Below, one piece after another: positions 43,949 through 53,073 of a DNA stretch of 64,000 bases. A program made the position numbers and the translations under genes. Each line of letters begins with the position of its first letter. The first letter of the stretch is position 1. Under the pieces are notes generated by a model, which was not told the origin of the DNA, searched no databases, and saw only the letters and a list, made by a program, of their open reading frames with translations. Source of the DNA: Thermoplasmata archaeon (GTDB lineage Archaea; Thermoplasmatota; Thermoplasmata; Lutacidiplasmatales; UBA184); the NCBI GenBank assembly GCA_050749685.1, contig JBOGRS010000002.1:3881-67880 (forward strand), written 5' to 3'.

Positions 43949-46900
43949 TCACGTGCAGTTGCTGGCGCACGCGATCGACGAGGTCACGAGCGACGGGATG
44001 GAGAGACCGAGGCCCGCAAGCCCGAGGGTGATCCCCGCCGCATCCGCGATCGAGGTCTGCGACGCCTCGTCGGCGACCTCGGTGCTCGGATACAACTGAA
44101 CGATCACGCTGATCGCGGCCAGAACCACGCCGGCGGCGGACAGGATGACCTGCGCGAGCGTGTCCCCCACCGCGAGCGCGATGACGGACGCGACCAGCGC
44201 GAGGAAGCCGATGGCCAGGCCGACGATGTAGTTGCCGTCGATCGATTGCGTGAGGTAGGTGAAGAGCAGGTCCGCGAGCCCTTGGAAGAACGTCAGCACC
44301 GCGTTGACGATCCCCTCCCCGAGCTGGGCGCCCGAGTTGTTCGCGAGGAAGTCGATCGTGGTCGAGAACGGGTCGGTCCCTCCGAAGTTCGGAACGATGG
44401 TCTGCAAGGATGTGAGGATCGAGCCGGCGGCGAGCAACGCGGCGAGCCCTCCGGCGACGATGCCGGCGATGACCGCCTGCACCGCCGTGGACGCCCCTTC
44501 CGTCGCCGGGGTCGCGGTGCCTAGGCTCACGACGTCGATCACGTACATCACGATCGCCACGATCGCGAAGATCCCACCGATGAGGCCGGCGGCCGAATCG
44601 AGGAAGATCGCGATGTCGTTGCCCGCTCCGCTGAGATCGAGCGGCGATAAGATCGGTCCGGAGAGGTTGAACGTCGTGAAGATGTTCTGCATCGACCCGT
44701 TGTAGGCGCTCGAGGCGATCGCCCCGGTTCCGAGCAGGATGGAGAGGAGCGGGAGCGCGATGTAGGCGATCGCGGTCCCGAACGCCGTTTCCAACGCGTT
44801 CTTGATGGTCGTGAACAGCTTGGTGAGCTGGTCCTTCACCCACTGGAGGATGAAGTTGAGGGCGGAGAGGATCGCGTTGATCGCCGACTTGATCGCGGAG
44901 ATCGCCGCGTTCCAGGCCCCGACGACCCACTGGCCGATCTCCTTGGCGAGATTGACGATGAAGTTCGCCACCGCGAGGACGACCGAGACGATCGCGTCCA
45001 CGACCGAAACGATGATCGCGCCGAGGGCCTGCCAGAAGTTCTGCGGCGGGACCCCGACGGCGCTGTTGTAGCCGCCGAGCGGGAAGTACGGCGCGGCGTA
45101 CGCGACGCTCCCGTCCACCCCAAGGAGCTCGAATTGCAGCTGGCTCAGCGCCGTGAAGCCGCCCGTCGCGGCGCCCGTCGAGTTCACCGGCTGCAGGGCC
45201 CGGATGAGCAGGCCCGCGCACGTCGTGTCGATGGTCGCGGTCAGGCTCCCGGCGATGTCCATCGCGCTCTGCCCCGTGCGGTTCGAGAACTGCGCCAGGC
45301 TGAGGCAGGGCAGCCGCGTGAGCTGGCCATTGTCGAGGATCGTGCTGAAGGTGGAGTTGCCGAAGGCGGTCCGGCTGACGAGCAGGAGGTTCTGGCCCGC
45401 GACGAGCGGCGTCCCCGGGACGCTCCCCCCGACGATGTCGAGGTAGAACGCGTAGAAGTGCTGGTCCCCGTTGTAGTGCGGACCGTATCCGGGGATGTTC
45501 TGGACCTCGCCGGTCGAGTTGAGCAGCGTCACCGGCATCCGTGCGAGCGCGTAGACCTGGAAGACCACCGAAAAGCCTCCCTGGTTGTAGGTGTGGCTCC
45601 CCGAGGCGGGGTCGCTCGAGAACGTCATTGACGTGCTCGCGGCGGACCCGCTCCCGAGGGAGTAGTCCTGGTAGAGAGCGAGGCTGATCTTGATCGTCGA
45701 CGCCGTCGGATCGACGGGAAGCTGGTAGCCGACGTAGTACGAGTAGGACCAGTGGACGCAGGTGTCCCCGAACGAATAGTCGTTCGAGCCTCCGACCGTC
45801 GGCGTGTACATCGATGGCGAGCCGGGATAGCTTGATGCCTGGATCTGGACGACACCGCCGGCGTTCGAATCGGCGCCGAAATCGAAGATCGAGATGCACC
45901 CGCTCGTCGCCGTCTTGAGGTAGACGCCGAGGATCTTCGGGCCGCTCGTCGGGTTGACGGCGAGGCTGTCGAGTGCACCGTTGGTCCCGGTGCTCCCCGT
46001 CGTAGGGTTGAGCGGACCGGCGTAGGCGAGCCCGTCCCAGGGGTAGGTGGAGGCCTCCGACGCGACGTAGGCGTTGGCGGAGGACGAGAGGGCGTGGTTC
46101 GCCGTGGTATCGTAGATGGCGCGGCCGTAGGCCTTCATGCCGTCGGTGAGGGTGGGGTCCGAGAAGTGGACCGCCCACGGCGGGATGTGGAACTGGCGAT
46201 CCCCGTAGTAGGTAGCCCACGCGTGGGGATCGGACACCGTGCAGCCGCTCGCCGATCCCCGCGCGTAGCTCACGTTGACGGAGGGGTAGTAGGGGAGGCC
46301 CTGGACGACGGAGAGCTTCCAGTACTGCTCCGTGTACGGGTAGTAGTTCACCGTCGAGTAGGACATCGTCCGGCCGTCGAACACGGTGTAGTTCGATCCG
46401 ATAGGTTCGGTGCAGTTGAAAACCGGGATCGAGATCTCCCCACCGGTCACGAGGCCGGAGGCGTACGGGTCCGCACGGGTAGGATCAGTGTAGTACTGGA
46501 TGACGATCTGAGCGTTCTCAATCGTTCCCGGACCGCCCGAGACGGCAAGGTCCCAGTTGGCGCGGGACTGGAACTCCGCGAGGGTGAGGCCCGAGGACGA
46601 ATAGTTCGTCACGGCCCCACCGACGGGGGTGTTGTTGAACAGCGGGATCTCGCTCACCGGAGCGGTCGGGGTACCCAACGCGACCGTCGTTCCGAGGACG
46701 GGGAAGACCCCGCCCCCGATGTTGATGAGCTCGACGGAGAGCGACGCGAGGTCCGGTGAGACGATCTCGTCGTAGAGCGTCACGGAGCGGATCGACGCGC
46801 TCGAGCCCGGATGCTGTACCGAGGGGATGGTCACGACGCCCGAGGTGGCGAAGCTCGAGACCTCCGTCGACGAGAAACCGTCGCTGAACTGATGGGAACC

Positions 46901-49900
46901 GTCCAGGATGCTGTCCCCGGCGGAGTTGGGGTCGAGCGGGTTCGAGACGTAACCCGTGACCGTCCCGAAGACCTCCTGGAAGTCGGTGAGGCCATCATGG
47001 TCGGTGTCGGCGTTGCTCGCCTGCCCACCGACGATGAACGTCCGCATGAAGTCCGTGAGCCCCGTTCCCGAGTTCGCGTCGTTGCCCGGGGCGAGGTGCA
47101 GGAAGAGCGTGGCGTACTCGTCCGGGATCCCGTCGCCATCCCAGTTGGGAACGGAGATGAGCTGGGCCGAGGAGGTCGCGGTCCGTCCGTCCGAGGCGCT
47201 CACCTGGACGGCCAGGACCGGGTTCCCAGATTCCGTGTAGGTGTGCCCGACCGTGCCTACGAGGGAACCGGAGGTGGTGGTGCCACCGGAGCCGTCGCCG
47301 AAGGTCCACGCGTAGCTCAAGGACAGGGACACGTTCGCCCGGTCCGCCGCGGAACCGAGGACGATCGCCATGAACGGCGCGGTGTGGTTGACACCGTAGA
47401 CCGTGAACCCATCGTAGGGCAGGACGACCGTCAGTGGCTGGTTCACGACCGTGACGGTCGCGCTCGCCTCACCCACTGGACTACCGTCCTCGGTCGACAG
47501 CGTGAGCGTTTGGGTGTAGGTTCCGGGAGCCGCGTAGGTGTGTCCGGTCGTGAGTCCGCCGGTCGAGGGGGTCCCGTCGCCCCAATCCCACACGCCGCTC
47601 ATGCGGGCGAGGTCCGCTGGCGCGCCTCCCACCGAGCGCGGCGCAAAGAGCGCGTACTCGTCGACCGTCACGGATCGATCGGAGAGGGTGACCCCGACGG
47701 ACGCGTCCGAAACGACCACGTTGTGCGTCGTCGACGCCGAGAGACCCTCATCGTCCGTGACGGTGAGCGTGACCGGGAACGTTCCCTCGCTCGTGAAGGT
47801 GTGCTCGACCATCGGACCGGCTCCGACGAGCGCACCGCTCGGCTGGCCGTCGCCGAACGTCCAGTGGAACGAGAGGTTCCCCCCCGGCGCGGCACCGGCA
47901 TAGTCGACGCTGCTCGTGGCGTCGAACGCGACGGAGGTGAACTCCGCGATCGAGCCGCCGGGTCCGGTGAAGGTCGGGATCGGCGGCGCATTCGTGACGT
48001 TCACGAACTGCCAACTGACCGTGGTGTACCCGAGAGCGCCATCGGACACGTAGAGGGCGAGCGCGTAGCTGGTCGCCGAGTATCGGTAGAGGTGCGTGAT
48101 CGTCGCGAGCGGGCCGACGCCGGACTGGTGGCTCGTCCCGCCATCCCCGAACGCCCAGGTCGCGCCGAAGGAGGTCGAGCTGTAATTGAGCGAGGTGATC
48201 GTCGCATTGAGAGGGATGTGCGGCACCTGAGCGATGCGGTCCGGGACGACCAGCTGGACGGTGGGAGCCACGTCCGCGACGCTCGCGTCCCCGCTCTCCA
48301 CGACGGGGATGGTGGACGCAAAGCTCCCGGCATAGTCGTCCTCCACGCTCAGGCCGAGCTCGTAGGAGCCCCCCGGAAGCCAGCGGTGGGCGACGGCGAT
48401 CGTCCCGAGGGTGGGTTCCGCCGTGAGCGGAATCGCCGTCGCGATGCGGGACGACGCCCCGTCCCCGAAGTTCCAGATCGTCGTGAGATGGGTCCGCGAC
48501 GGCGAGAAGACCTGCGCCTTGAGGAAAACGAGCTGTCCCACGGACGCTGCGTTCCCGTCGATGTTCCAGATGGTGGTGGCCGTCTGGGAGGCGATGAACC
48601 GATGCGTGTAGAGCTGGGACGAACAGATCGAACTCGAGTAGGTGGTCGCGCACGAACCTCCATTGCCCCAGAAGTCGACGGTGAGGTCGACCGGGTTCGC
48701 GCCCTTGATCGTGCCGCTCGACGGTGCGACGTAGGCGATCCGGATCGTGTCGTTGTCCGCGAGCTGGATGGGAACGTTCGTGAGCGTGAGGACATCGTTC
48801 CTCGGGTCGCCGTGGGCGCGCACGAGAAGGCCGTATGCGATGAGGCGCCCGTTCTCGAGCACACTCACGTTGAGCGTGTTGCCGGGGGTCCCCTTCATCG
48901 TGAGGGTGATGTTGGCGAGCGTGTAGGCGGAGTAGAGGCCGACGTTCGGGTTCACGTCGGACACCACGAGCGAGGTGGAGTCGTGCGACGTGAGCGACTC
49001 CTCGTCCGTGACCGCGAGGTTGGCGGTGTAGGTCCCGGGCTCGAAGTACGCCGTCCGGCCGATGACCCCGTTCGACGCGCTGGCGTCCGAGACGTTCGGG
49101 ACGGACGTGGACCACGAGTAGTTGAGACCGGGAAGGTCCGTTGGGACGTCGACGGTGGCCGTACCGTTGAGCGGGATCACGGCTCCGACCACGTACGGAG
49201 CCACCGGCGTCGCGCCCGCGCTGGCGCCCGGCGGGGGGTTCACGATCGTGACCGTGGTCTCGGTCAAGGCCGTCGCGCCCTCTTCGTCGGTGACCCTTAG
49301 GGTGACGGCGTACGTCCCGCTCTCCGTGTAAACGTGGGACGCGGTGATCCCGGCACCCAGGGTCCCGTCGCCGAAGTCCCACCAGTAGCGCAGGTGAGGA
49401 ACATCCGGTGGGACATCCGTCGTGGCCGCCCCCGAGACGGTCACGTTGGTGTCCTCGGCGTACGTGTCGAGGGTGAGCGAGGACGTCGTGAAGGTGATCA
49501 CGGGATTGGGGAGAGGGTTCACGACCCTGATGTCGGAGCGGAAGCTCTGGTTGGCCGCGCCGGTGCGGTTGTCGTAGACGGTGACCCCCACCACGTAGTT
49601 TCCGGCATCACGGTAGGCGTGCGCGACCGGGTTGCCCCACGTCGAGTTGTTGTCGCCGAAGTCCCAGCGGTAGGCGAGGGCGTCGGACTCGTACGAGGCA
49701 GGCGTGGTCGTCGCGGCCCCGGTGAACTCGATCGGCGAGTCCTCGTTCGCCGTCGTGACGTTGGTCGTGATCGACGGGTGGAGCACGGGAGGAAGAACGT
49801 TCGCGACATCGGTCGCGATCTGGTAGTCTCCTTCCGCGTCGTAGACCGTGAGGGAGATCGCGAACGAGCCGGAACGTGCGTAGGTGTGGGTGAACGATAC

Positions 49901-50974
49901 CTCCTCCGAGGAGGTGCAGATCGATCCGGCCGAGGCGCAACCGGCCGGCGGTGGGACGATCGACTTGTCGTAGCCGATGGCGCCGGTCGAATTCGTCTGC
50001 CCGTAGAACCAGAGGAGGAGGTATCCCGAAAAGGTACCCGCGACCGTGGAGGTCGGCACTCCGCCCGTGATGTTGGCAAAGACCGTCATCGGGACCCCGG
50101 CCGTGGCCGTCGTGGGGTTCATCCCGCTCACCGAGATCGCGGGGGTGGTCAGCGCTCGGGCCGCACCGACGGCCTGGAAGCCCCCGATGACCATGAGGAG
50201 GCAGAGGGCGAAGGCGGTCGTGGCCCGAAGCGCGATGCTGGGAGGTCTACGGGCCGATCGCCCCCCCGAGCGCGCGGTCCGTTCGCCGGCCGGCCCCGGA
50301 CCCTGGTCCCGAGCAAGGGGCGTCCACGCGGAGCTCCGAGAGGATGGCGCCGGCCCGACCCCAGCCCGCCCGGCAGGGCGGGGGGAGGCGCGGCGAGGTG
50401 CTCGGGCCAAGCTACGCAGCTCACGGTGCACGGCGAAGAGCGCGGTGAGGTCGTCCGCTCGCGCCGCGCTCGAGAGGAGGACGAGCGCCGACCCGATCGC
50501 GGCGTCGCGGGCAGGCGAGGGTGAGGCGCGGCGTATCCTGCGGCCCATCGCGATGGCCGATCGAAGGATCGTCGTACGCGCACGCTGCCGGACGATGCGC
50601 AATTCCTCGCGGGCGCGTCGCTCCGCCTCGCGGAGCCCGAATCCATCTCCCGAGTCCGAGGCGTGCATCGCGGAGGCGGAGGGCCCGGAATCCAACACGG
50701 TGGACGGCATCGCCTCGCGGGCGGCCGACCGGATCCGCGTCCCCTCCTCCCGCAACGCGAAGATCGGCGATGCGCCCTCCGTGAGGCGGCCGGCCAGGCC
50801 TTCCGCCAATCCCAGAAGCTGGAGCGCGGCGTCGGTCCGCCCGGCGTGAGCTAATTGATCGATCGCATGCCCGACCCGAGCGATCGGGAAGGCAATTCCT
50901 GCGGCCCGGAGCGACGCGGCCACATCGACAAGTCGTTCCTGGCGGGTCTGGATTTCGCGCTCCACGTCGAACAT
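43949..50974 (-). CDS. giant (2341 aa) surface glycoprotein-like protein with many PKD repeats, TSP3-like Ca-binding motifs and a polytopic C-terminal membrane domain
   Basis: Repeated PKD signatures (WDFGDG, WNFGDG, WTFGDG, WAFGDG, WDWGDG). DxDxDGxxD motifs (DTDHDGLTDFQE, WDGDGIPDE). Dozens of N-x-S/T sequons. A signal-anchor-like segment RSARRPPSIALRATTAFALCLLMVIGGFQAVGAARA follows a 260-aa N-terminal region. Seven or eight hydrophobic helices fill the last 450 aa. ATG at 50974 lies about 24 nt downstream of a TATA-like element. Confidence 0.8.
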   Translation of the reverse strand: MFDVEREIQTRQERLVDVAASLRAAGIAFPIARVGHAIDQLAHAGRTDAALQLLGLAEGLAGRLTEGASPIFALREEGTRIRSAAREAMPSTVLDSGPSASAMHASDSGDGFGLREAERRAREELRIVRQRARTTILRSAIAMGRRIRRASPSPARDAAIGSALVLLSSAARADDLTALFAVHRELRSLARAPRRASPRPAGRAGVGPAPSSRSSAWTPLARDQGPGPAGERTARSGGRSARRPPSIALRATTAFALCLLMVIGGFQAVGAARALTTPAISVSGMNPTTATAGVPMTVFANITGGVPTSTVAGTFSGYLLLWFYGQTNSTGAIGYDKSIVPPPAGCASAGSICTSSEEVSFTHTYARSGSFAISLTVYDAEGDYQIATDVANVLPPVLHPSITTNVTTANEDSPIEFTGAATTTPASYESDALAYRWDFGDNNSTWGNPVAHAYRDAGNYVVGVTVYDNRTGAANQSFRSDIRVVNPLPNPVITFTTSSLTLDTYAEDTNVTVSGAATTDVPPDVPHLRYWWDFGDGTLGAGITASHVYTESGTYAVTLRVTDEEGATALTETTVTIVNPPPGASAGATPVAPYVVGAVIPLNGTATVDVPTDLPGLNYSWSTSVPNVSDASASNGVIGRTAYFEPGTYTANLAVTDEESLTSHDSTSLVVSDVNPNVGLYSAYTLANITLTMKGTPGNTLNVSVLENGRLIAYGLLVRAHGDPRNDVLTLTNVPIQLADNDTIRIAYVAPSSGTIKGANPVDLTVDFWGNGGSCATTYSSSICSSQLYTHRFIASQTATTIWNIDGNAASVGQLVFLKAQVFSPSRTHLTTIWNFGDGASSRIATAIPLTAEPTLGTIAVAHRWLPGGSYELGLSVEDDYAGSFASTIPVVESGDASVADVAPTVQLVVPDRIAQVPHIPLNATITSLNYSSTSFGATWAFGDGGTSHQSGVGPLATITHLYRYSATSYALALYVSDGALGYTTVSWQFVNVTNAPPIPTFTGPGGSIAEFTSVAFDATSSVDYAGAAPGGNLSFHWTFGDGQPSGALVGAGPMVEHTFTSEGTFPVTLTVTDDEGLSASTTHNVVVSDASVGVTLSDRSVTVDEYALFAPRSVGGAPADLARMSGVWDWGDGTPSTGGLTTGHTYAAPGTYTQTLTLSTEDGSPVGEASATVTVVNQPLTVVLPYDGFTVYGVNHTAPFMAIVLGSAADRANVSLSLSYAWTFGDGSGGTTTSGSLVGTVGHTYTESGNPVLAVQVSASDGRTATSSAQLISVPNWDGDGIPDEYATLFLHLAPGNDANSGTGLTDFMRTFIVGGQASNADTDHDGLTDFQEVFGTVTGYVSNPLDPNSAGDSILDGSHQFSDGFSSTEVSSFATSGVVTIPSVQHPGSSASIRSVTLYDEIVSPDLASLSVELINIGGGVFPVLGTTVALGTPTAPVSEIPLFNNTPVGGAVTNYSSSGLTLAEFQSRANWDLAVSGGPGTIENAQIVIQYYTDPTRADPYASGLVTGGEISIPVFNCTEPIGSNYTVFDGRTMSYSTVNYYPYTEQYWKLSVVQGLPYYPSVNVSYARGSASGCTVSDPHAWATYYGDRQFHIPPWAVHFSDPTLTDGMKAYGRAIYDTTANHALSSSANAYVASEASTYPWDGLAYAGPLNPTTGSTGTNGALDSLAVNPTSGPKILGVYLKTATSGCISIFDFGADSNAGGVVQIQASSYPGSPSMYTPTVGGSNDYSFGDTCVHWSYSYYVGYQLPVDPTASTIKISLALYQDYSLGSGSAASTSMTFSSDPASGSHTYNQGGFSVVFQVYALARMPVTLLNSTGEVQNIPGYGPHYNGDQHFYAFYLDIVGGSVPGTPLVAGQNLLLVSRTAFGNSTFSTILDNGQLTRLPCLSLAQFSNRTGQSAMDIAGSLTATIDTTCAGLLIRALQPVNSTGAATGGFTALSQLQFELLGVDGSVAYAAPYFPLGGYNSAVGVPPQNFWQALGAIIVSVVDAIVSVVLAVANFIVNLAKEIGQWVVGAWNAAISAIKSAINAILSALNFILQWVKDQLTKLFTTIKNALETAFGTAIAYIALPLLSILLGTGAIASSAYNGSMQNIFTTFNLSGPILSPLDLSGAGNDIAIFLDSAAGLIGGIFAIVAIVMYVIDVVSLGTATPATEGASTAVQAVIAGIVAGGLAALLAAGSILTSLQTIVPNFGGTDPFSTTIDFLANNSGAQLGEGIVNAVLTFFQGLADLLFTYLTQSIDGNYIVGLAIGFLALVASVIALAVGDTLAQVILSAAGVVLAAISVIVQLYPSTEVADEASQTSIADAAGITLGLAGLGLSIPSLVTSSIACASNCT

Positions 50975-50984
50975 TTCCGTCCTT

Positions 50985-51000
50985 CCTAATTCGTATACGG
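50985..51000 (-). promoter_or_regulatory. TATA-like element for the giant gene (leaderless spacing)
   Basis: Minus-strand ccGTATACgaattagg sits about 24 nt upstream of the ATG. AT-rich island. Confidence 0.4.
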
Positions 51001-51323
51001 GCGAAGGGGATCGACTCCCGCGGTCGATCTCGAGCCGTAGAAGGCTCGCGCTCGAGCCCGGGTTCGAGCCGCACGTCCGGGATCCCCGGTCCCGGCGTGA
51101 GGGATGGGGGGAGGCTCCCCCAGACCTCGAATGCTGAACGACGATCCCCTTACCGGTGAGGGCATCAAGCCCCCGGCTTAAACCTTTGGGAGCGTCTTGT
51201 CAACAATATGGCAACGGAGCGACTTCGCAAGCTCTCGAACGCGCCCCGGGGCGTTCCGGACCGATTCCGGCCGTCCGCCCGACGCCGGAAGCGGGCCGCC
51301 GCGCCCGAGGGACTCCGGCCTGC

Positions 51324-52043
51324 CTACCAATCGACCGAGGCGGTCCGGCTCCACTCTTGGACGATTGCCTCTCCTGCGGAGGTGAGCTGTAAAGTTTCGG
51401 ACTCCCCCTCCAGGACGACGAGAGAGTTCACCCGCGCCCACAGAAGGGTCGCCGCGAGCTCCTTCGGGATCTCGGCGCGGGTGCCGAATACGAAAAGCTC
51501 CAGGAGGCGAGCGCCCGGATCCGAGGATCGGGAGAGCGATACGTGCGTGTGGTGGCTCCCGAGCTCCCGCAGCGTGCGCGGCCAATCGCCCTGGGGGATC
51601 CGTCGAAGGTCGTACGGGCAGATGAACCGTGACTCCTCGCGGGGCTGCTCCTGGAACCATGCCTCGTACTCGAGATGCTCCGGGACCGTTTCGGAGGTCC
51701 AGTACTGGCTGATCGTGTCGGCCCCGGCGGAAACACCTCCCGGATGCGCACCGAGGAACTCGCGGATCGCCGGCGCGGGCCGCAGCTTGCCCTCCATCGG
51801 GCTCACCTGCTCGCCCTCGAGGACATGCACACATCCGATGCACGCGGGGGCGGCCTCGACGAGCCGTTCGCTGTAGTAGTTCGCGAGACCGGGGTCGGTC
51901 ACCCAGAACGACGGCGCCTTTCCTTCCGGCGTTCCAGCGAGGAACCGGACTGCGTGATCCGCCGCCTCCGTGCGGTCCGCGTGGAGGCTGAGGCAATGCG
52001 CGCCGAGCGGAAGCTCTTCGAGGTCCGAAATGACTTCGGGCAA
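51324..52043 (-). CDS. hypothetical protein, possibly MEDS-like sensory domain
   Basis: LPLGAHCLSLHADRTEAADHAVRFLAG resembles the MEDS N-terminal motif. TTG at 52043 lies about 30 nt downstream of a CTTTTTAT TATA-like element inside the maximal ORF (which reaches 52151). Confidence 0.35.
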   Translation of the reverse strand: MPEVISDLEELPLGAHCLSLHADRTEAADHAVRFLAGTPEGKAPSFWVTDPGLANYYSERLVEAAPACIGCVHVLEGEQVSPMEGKLRPAPAIREFLGAHPGGVSAGADTISQYWTSETVPEHLEYEAWFQEQPREESRFICPYDLRRIPQGDWPRTLRELGSHHTHVSLSRSSDPGARLLELFVFGTRAEIPKELAATLLWARVNSLVVLEGESETLQLTSAGEAIVQEWSRTASVDW

Positions 52044-52211
52044 CGGTGATCCTTCTTTCACGGGGGGCGGATAAAAAGCCTTGTCCGAAAGCTGCGGGAA
52101 CCGCGCGCCGTGAGAATCCACCGCCCCCTCCACGGTGCATCGTCGCGGCACGCCCGTGAGTGCGACGACCCCGTCGAGCTGGATCGGCGCGGTCGACGGG
52201 GGTCCGGGAGG

Positions 52212-53000
52212 TTACGTGCGGAAGCCCTGCGACAGAAGGCCCCGCAGGAGTTCGGTATGCTTGCGCTCGTCCGCCTCCATGCTGGCCACCAAGATGGCCA
52301 TCGTGCCCTGAAGGTGATGCGCGAGACCGGCATCTGCCTGGGACTCCGCCCTTCGCTCCCCCTCGATCAGCGCCTCGATCTCCTTGCGCGTGATCCCGGC
52401 GGCGAAGGCGCCGGTCACCCCGCGGTCGATGTAGGGTAGGAGCGAGGTGACGATCTCGGCATGTCGAAGGCTATCGGAAGCGATCTGACGGAGGATCGCC
52501 CGCGTGAGCTCGTCGCGCGCGCGCTGGGCGAGCCGCATGCATTCGGTCACCGCCACCTGTTCGGCCCTCACTCGCTGACGGATCCACCGAGAGAGCTGGC
52601 GAAGGCGAGGATCGACCGGAGCGCTCGACGGCGGGGCGTGGCCGGGGGACGTCCGGCGCGGGTGGTCGGTCAGCTCCGCGAGCGCGACGGCCTCCTCCAA
52701 GACCACATGGACCGGACTTCGTCCCTCTTCGTGCGCGCGGATGAGCCGTTCGAGGGTCTTTCGGGCGATCGCGCGCGCCGCATCATCGGTGGAGAAGCGC
52801 AGGAACCCCTCTTCACGTCGCTTCCCCGAGAGGTACTGCGACACCGCCGAGGGGGCGATACCGAGAAGCTCCGCCACCCGACGGGAGGAGAGTCCGAGTT
52901 GCTCGACGCCCTCACGGGCGGCGAGCGCCTGGACCAGCCGTACGAGGGAGGTCGGCGCCGGGACACACGGTCGCACGGCCGAAATGTGAGCGCTCGGCAT
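52212..53000 (-). CDS. HTH transcriptional regulator with a C-terminal ferritin-like / four-helix-bundle domain
   Basis: N-terminal HTH LSSRRVAELLGIAPSAVSQYLSG. The C-terminal DSLRHAEIV...EADERKHTELL looks like a ferritin-like metal-binding helix pair. The ATG abuts an AT-rich operator region. Confidence 0.55.
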   Translation of the reverse strand: MPSAHISAVRPCVPAPTSLVRLVQALAAREGVEQLGLSSRRVAELLGIAPSAVSQYLSGKRREEGFLRFSTDDAARAIARKTLERLIRAHEEGRSPVHVVLEEAVALAELTDHPRRTSPGHAPPSSAPVDPRLRQLSRWIRQRVRAEQVAVTECMRLAQRARDELTRAILRQIASDSLRHAEIVTSLLPYIDRGVTGAFAAGITRKEIEALIEGERRAESQADAGLAHHLQGTMAILVASMEADERKHTELLRGLLSQGFRT

Positions 53001-53073
53001 AGGGAGAGAAATTCACATCGTGAACTTAAATGTAGTTGCTTCACGTGCGCATCCACTAAATAGCCACCCCGGG
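53001..53073. promoter_or_regulatory. AT-rich divergent promoter region with inverted-repeat operator candidates
   Basis: TTCACatcGTGAA (53012-53024) is a perfect 5-3-5 inverted repeat. TTCACGTG (53040-53047) follows. TATA-like TTAAAT and CTAAATA elements sit roughly 25 nt from each divergent start codon. Confidence 0.45.

Noticed and set aside
43352-49382. Alternative-frame ORFs inside the giant gene (43352-44524 +, 46811-49300 +, 47748-49382 -, and others).
   Set aside because: They overlap the strongly supported 2341-aa PKD protein in other frames. Their composition is dominated by Arg/Gly/Asp runs, not protein-like.
43632-51000. Possibility that tRNA-Gly marks an integrated mobile or genomic island carrying the giant gene.
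   Set aside because: No integrase, recombinase or transposase gene was seen. No direct repeat of the tRNA 3' end was found downstream by eye. Flanking genes (trmI, regulator, ZIP) look chromosomal. This cannot be fully excluded without a computed repeat search.
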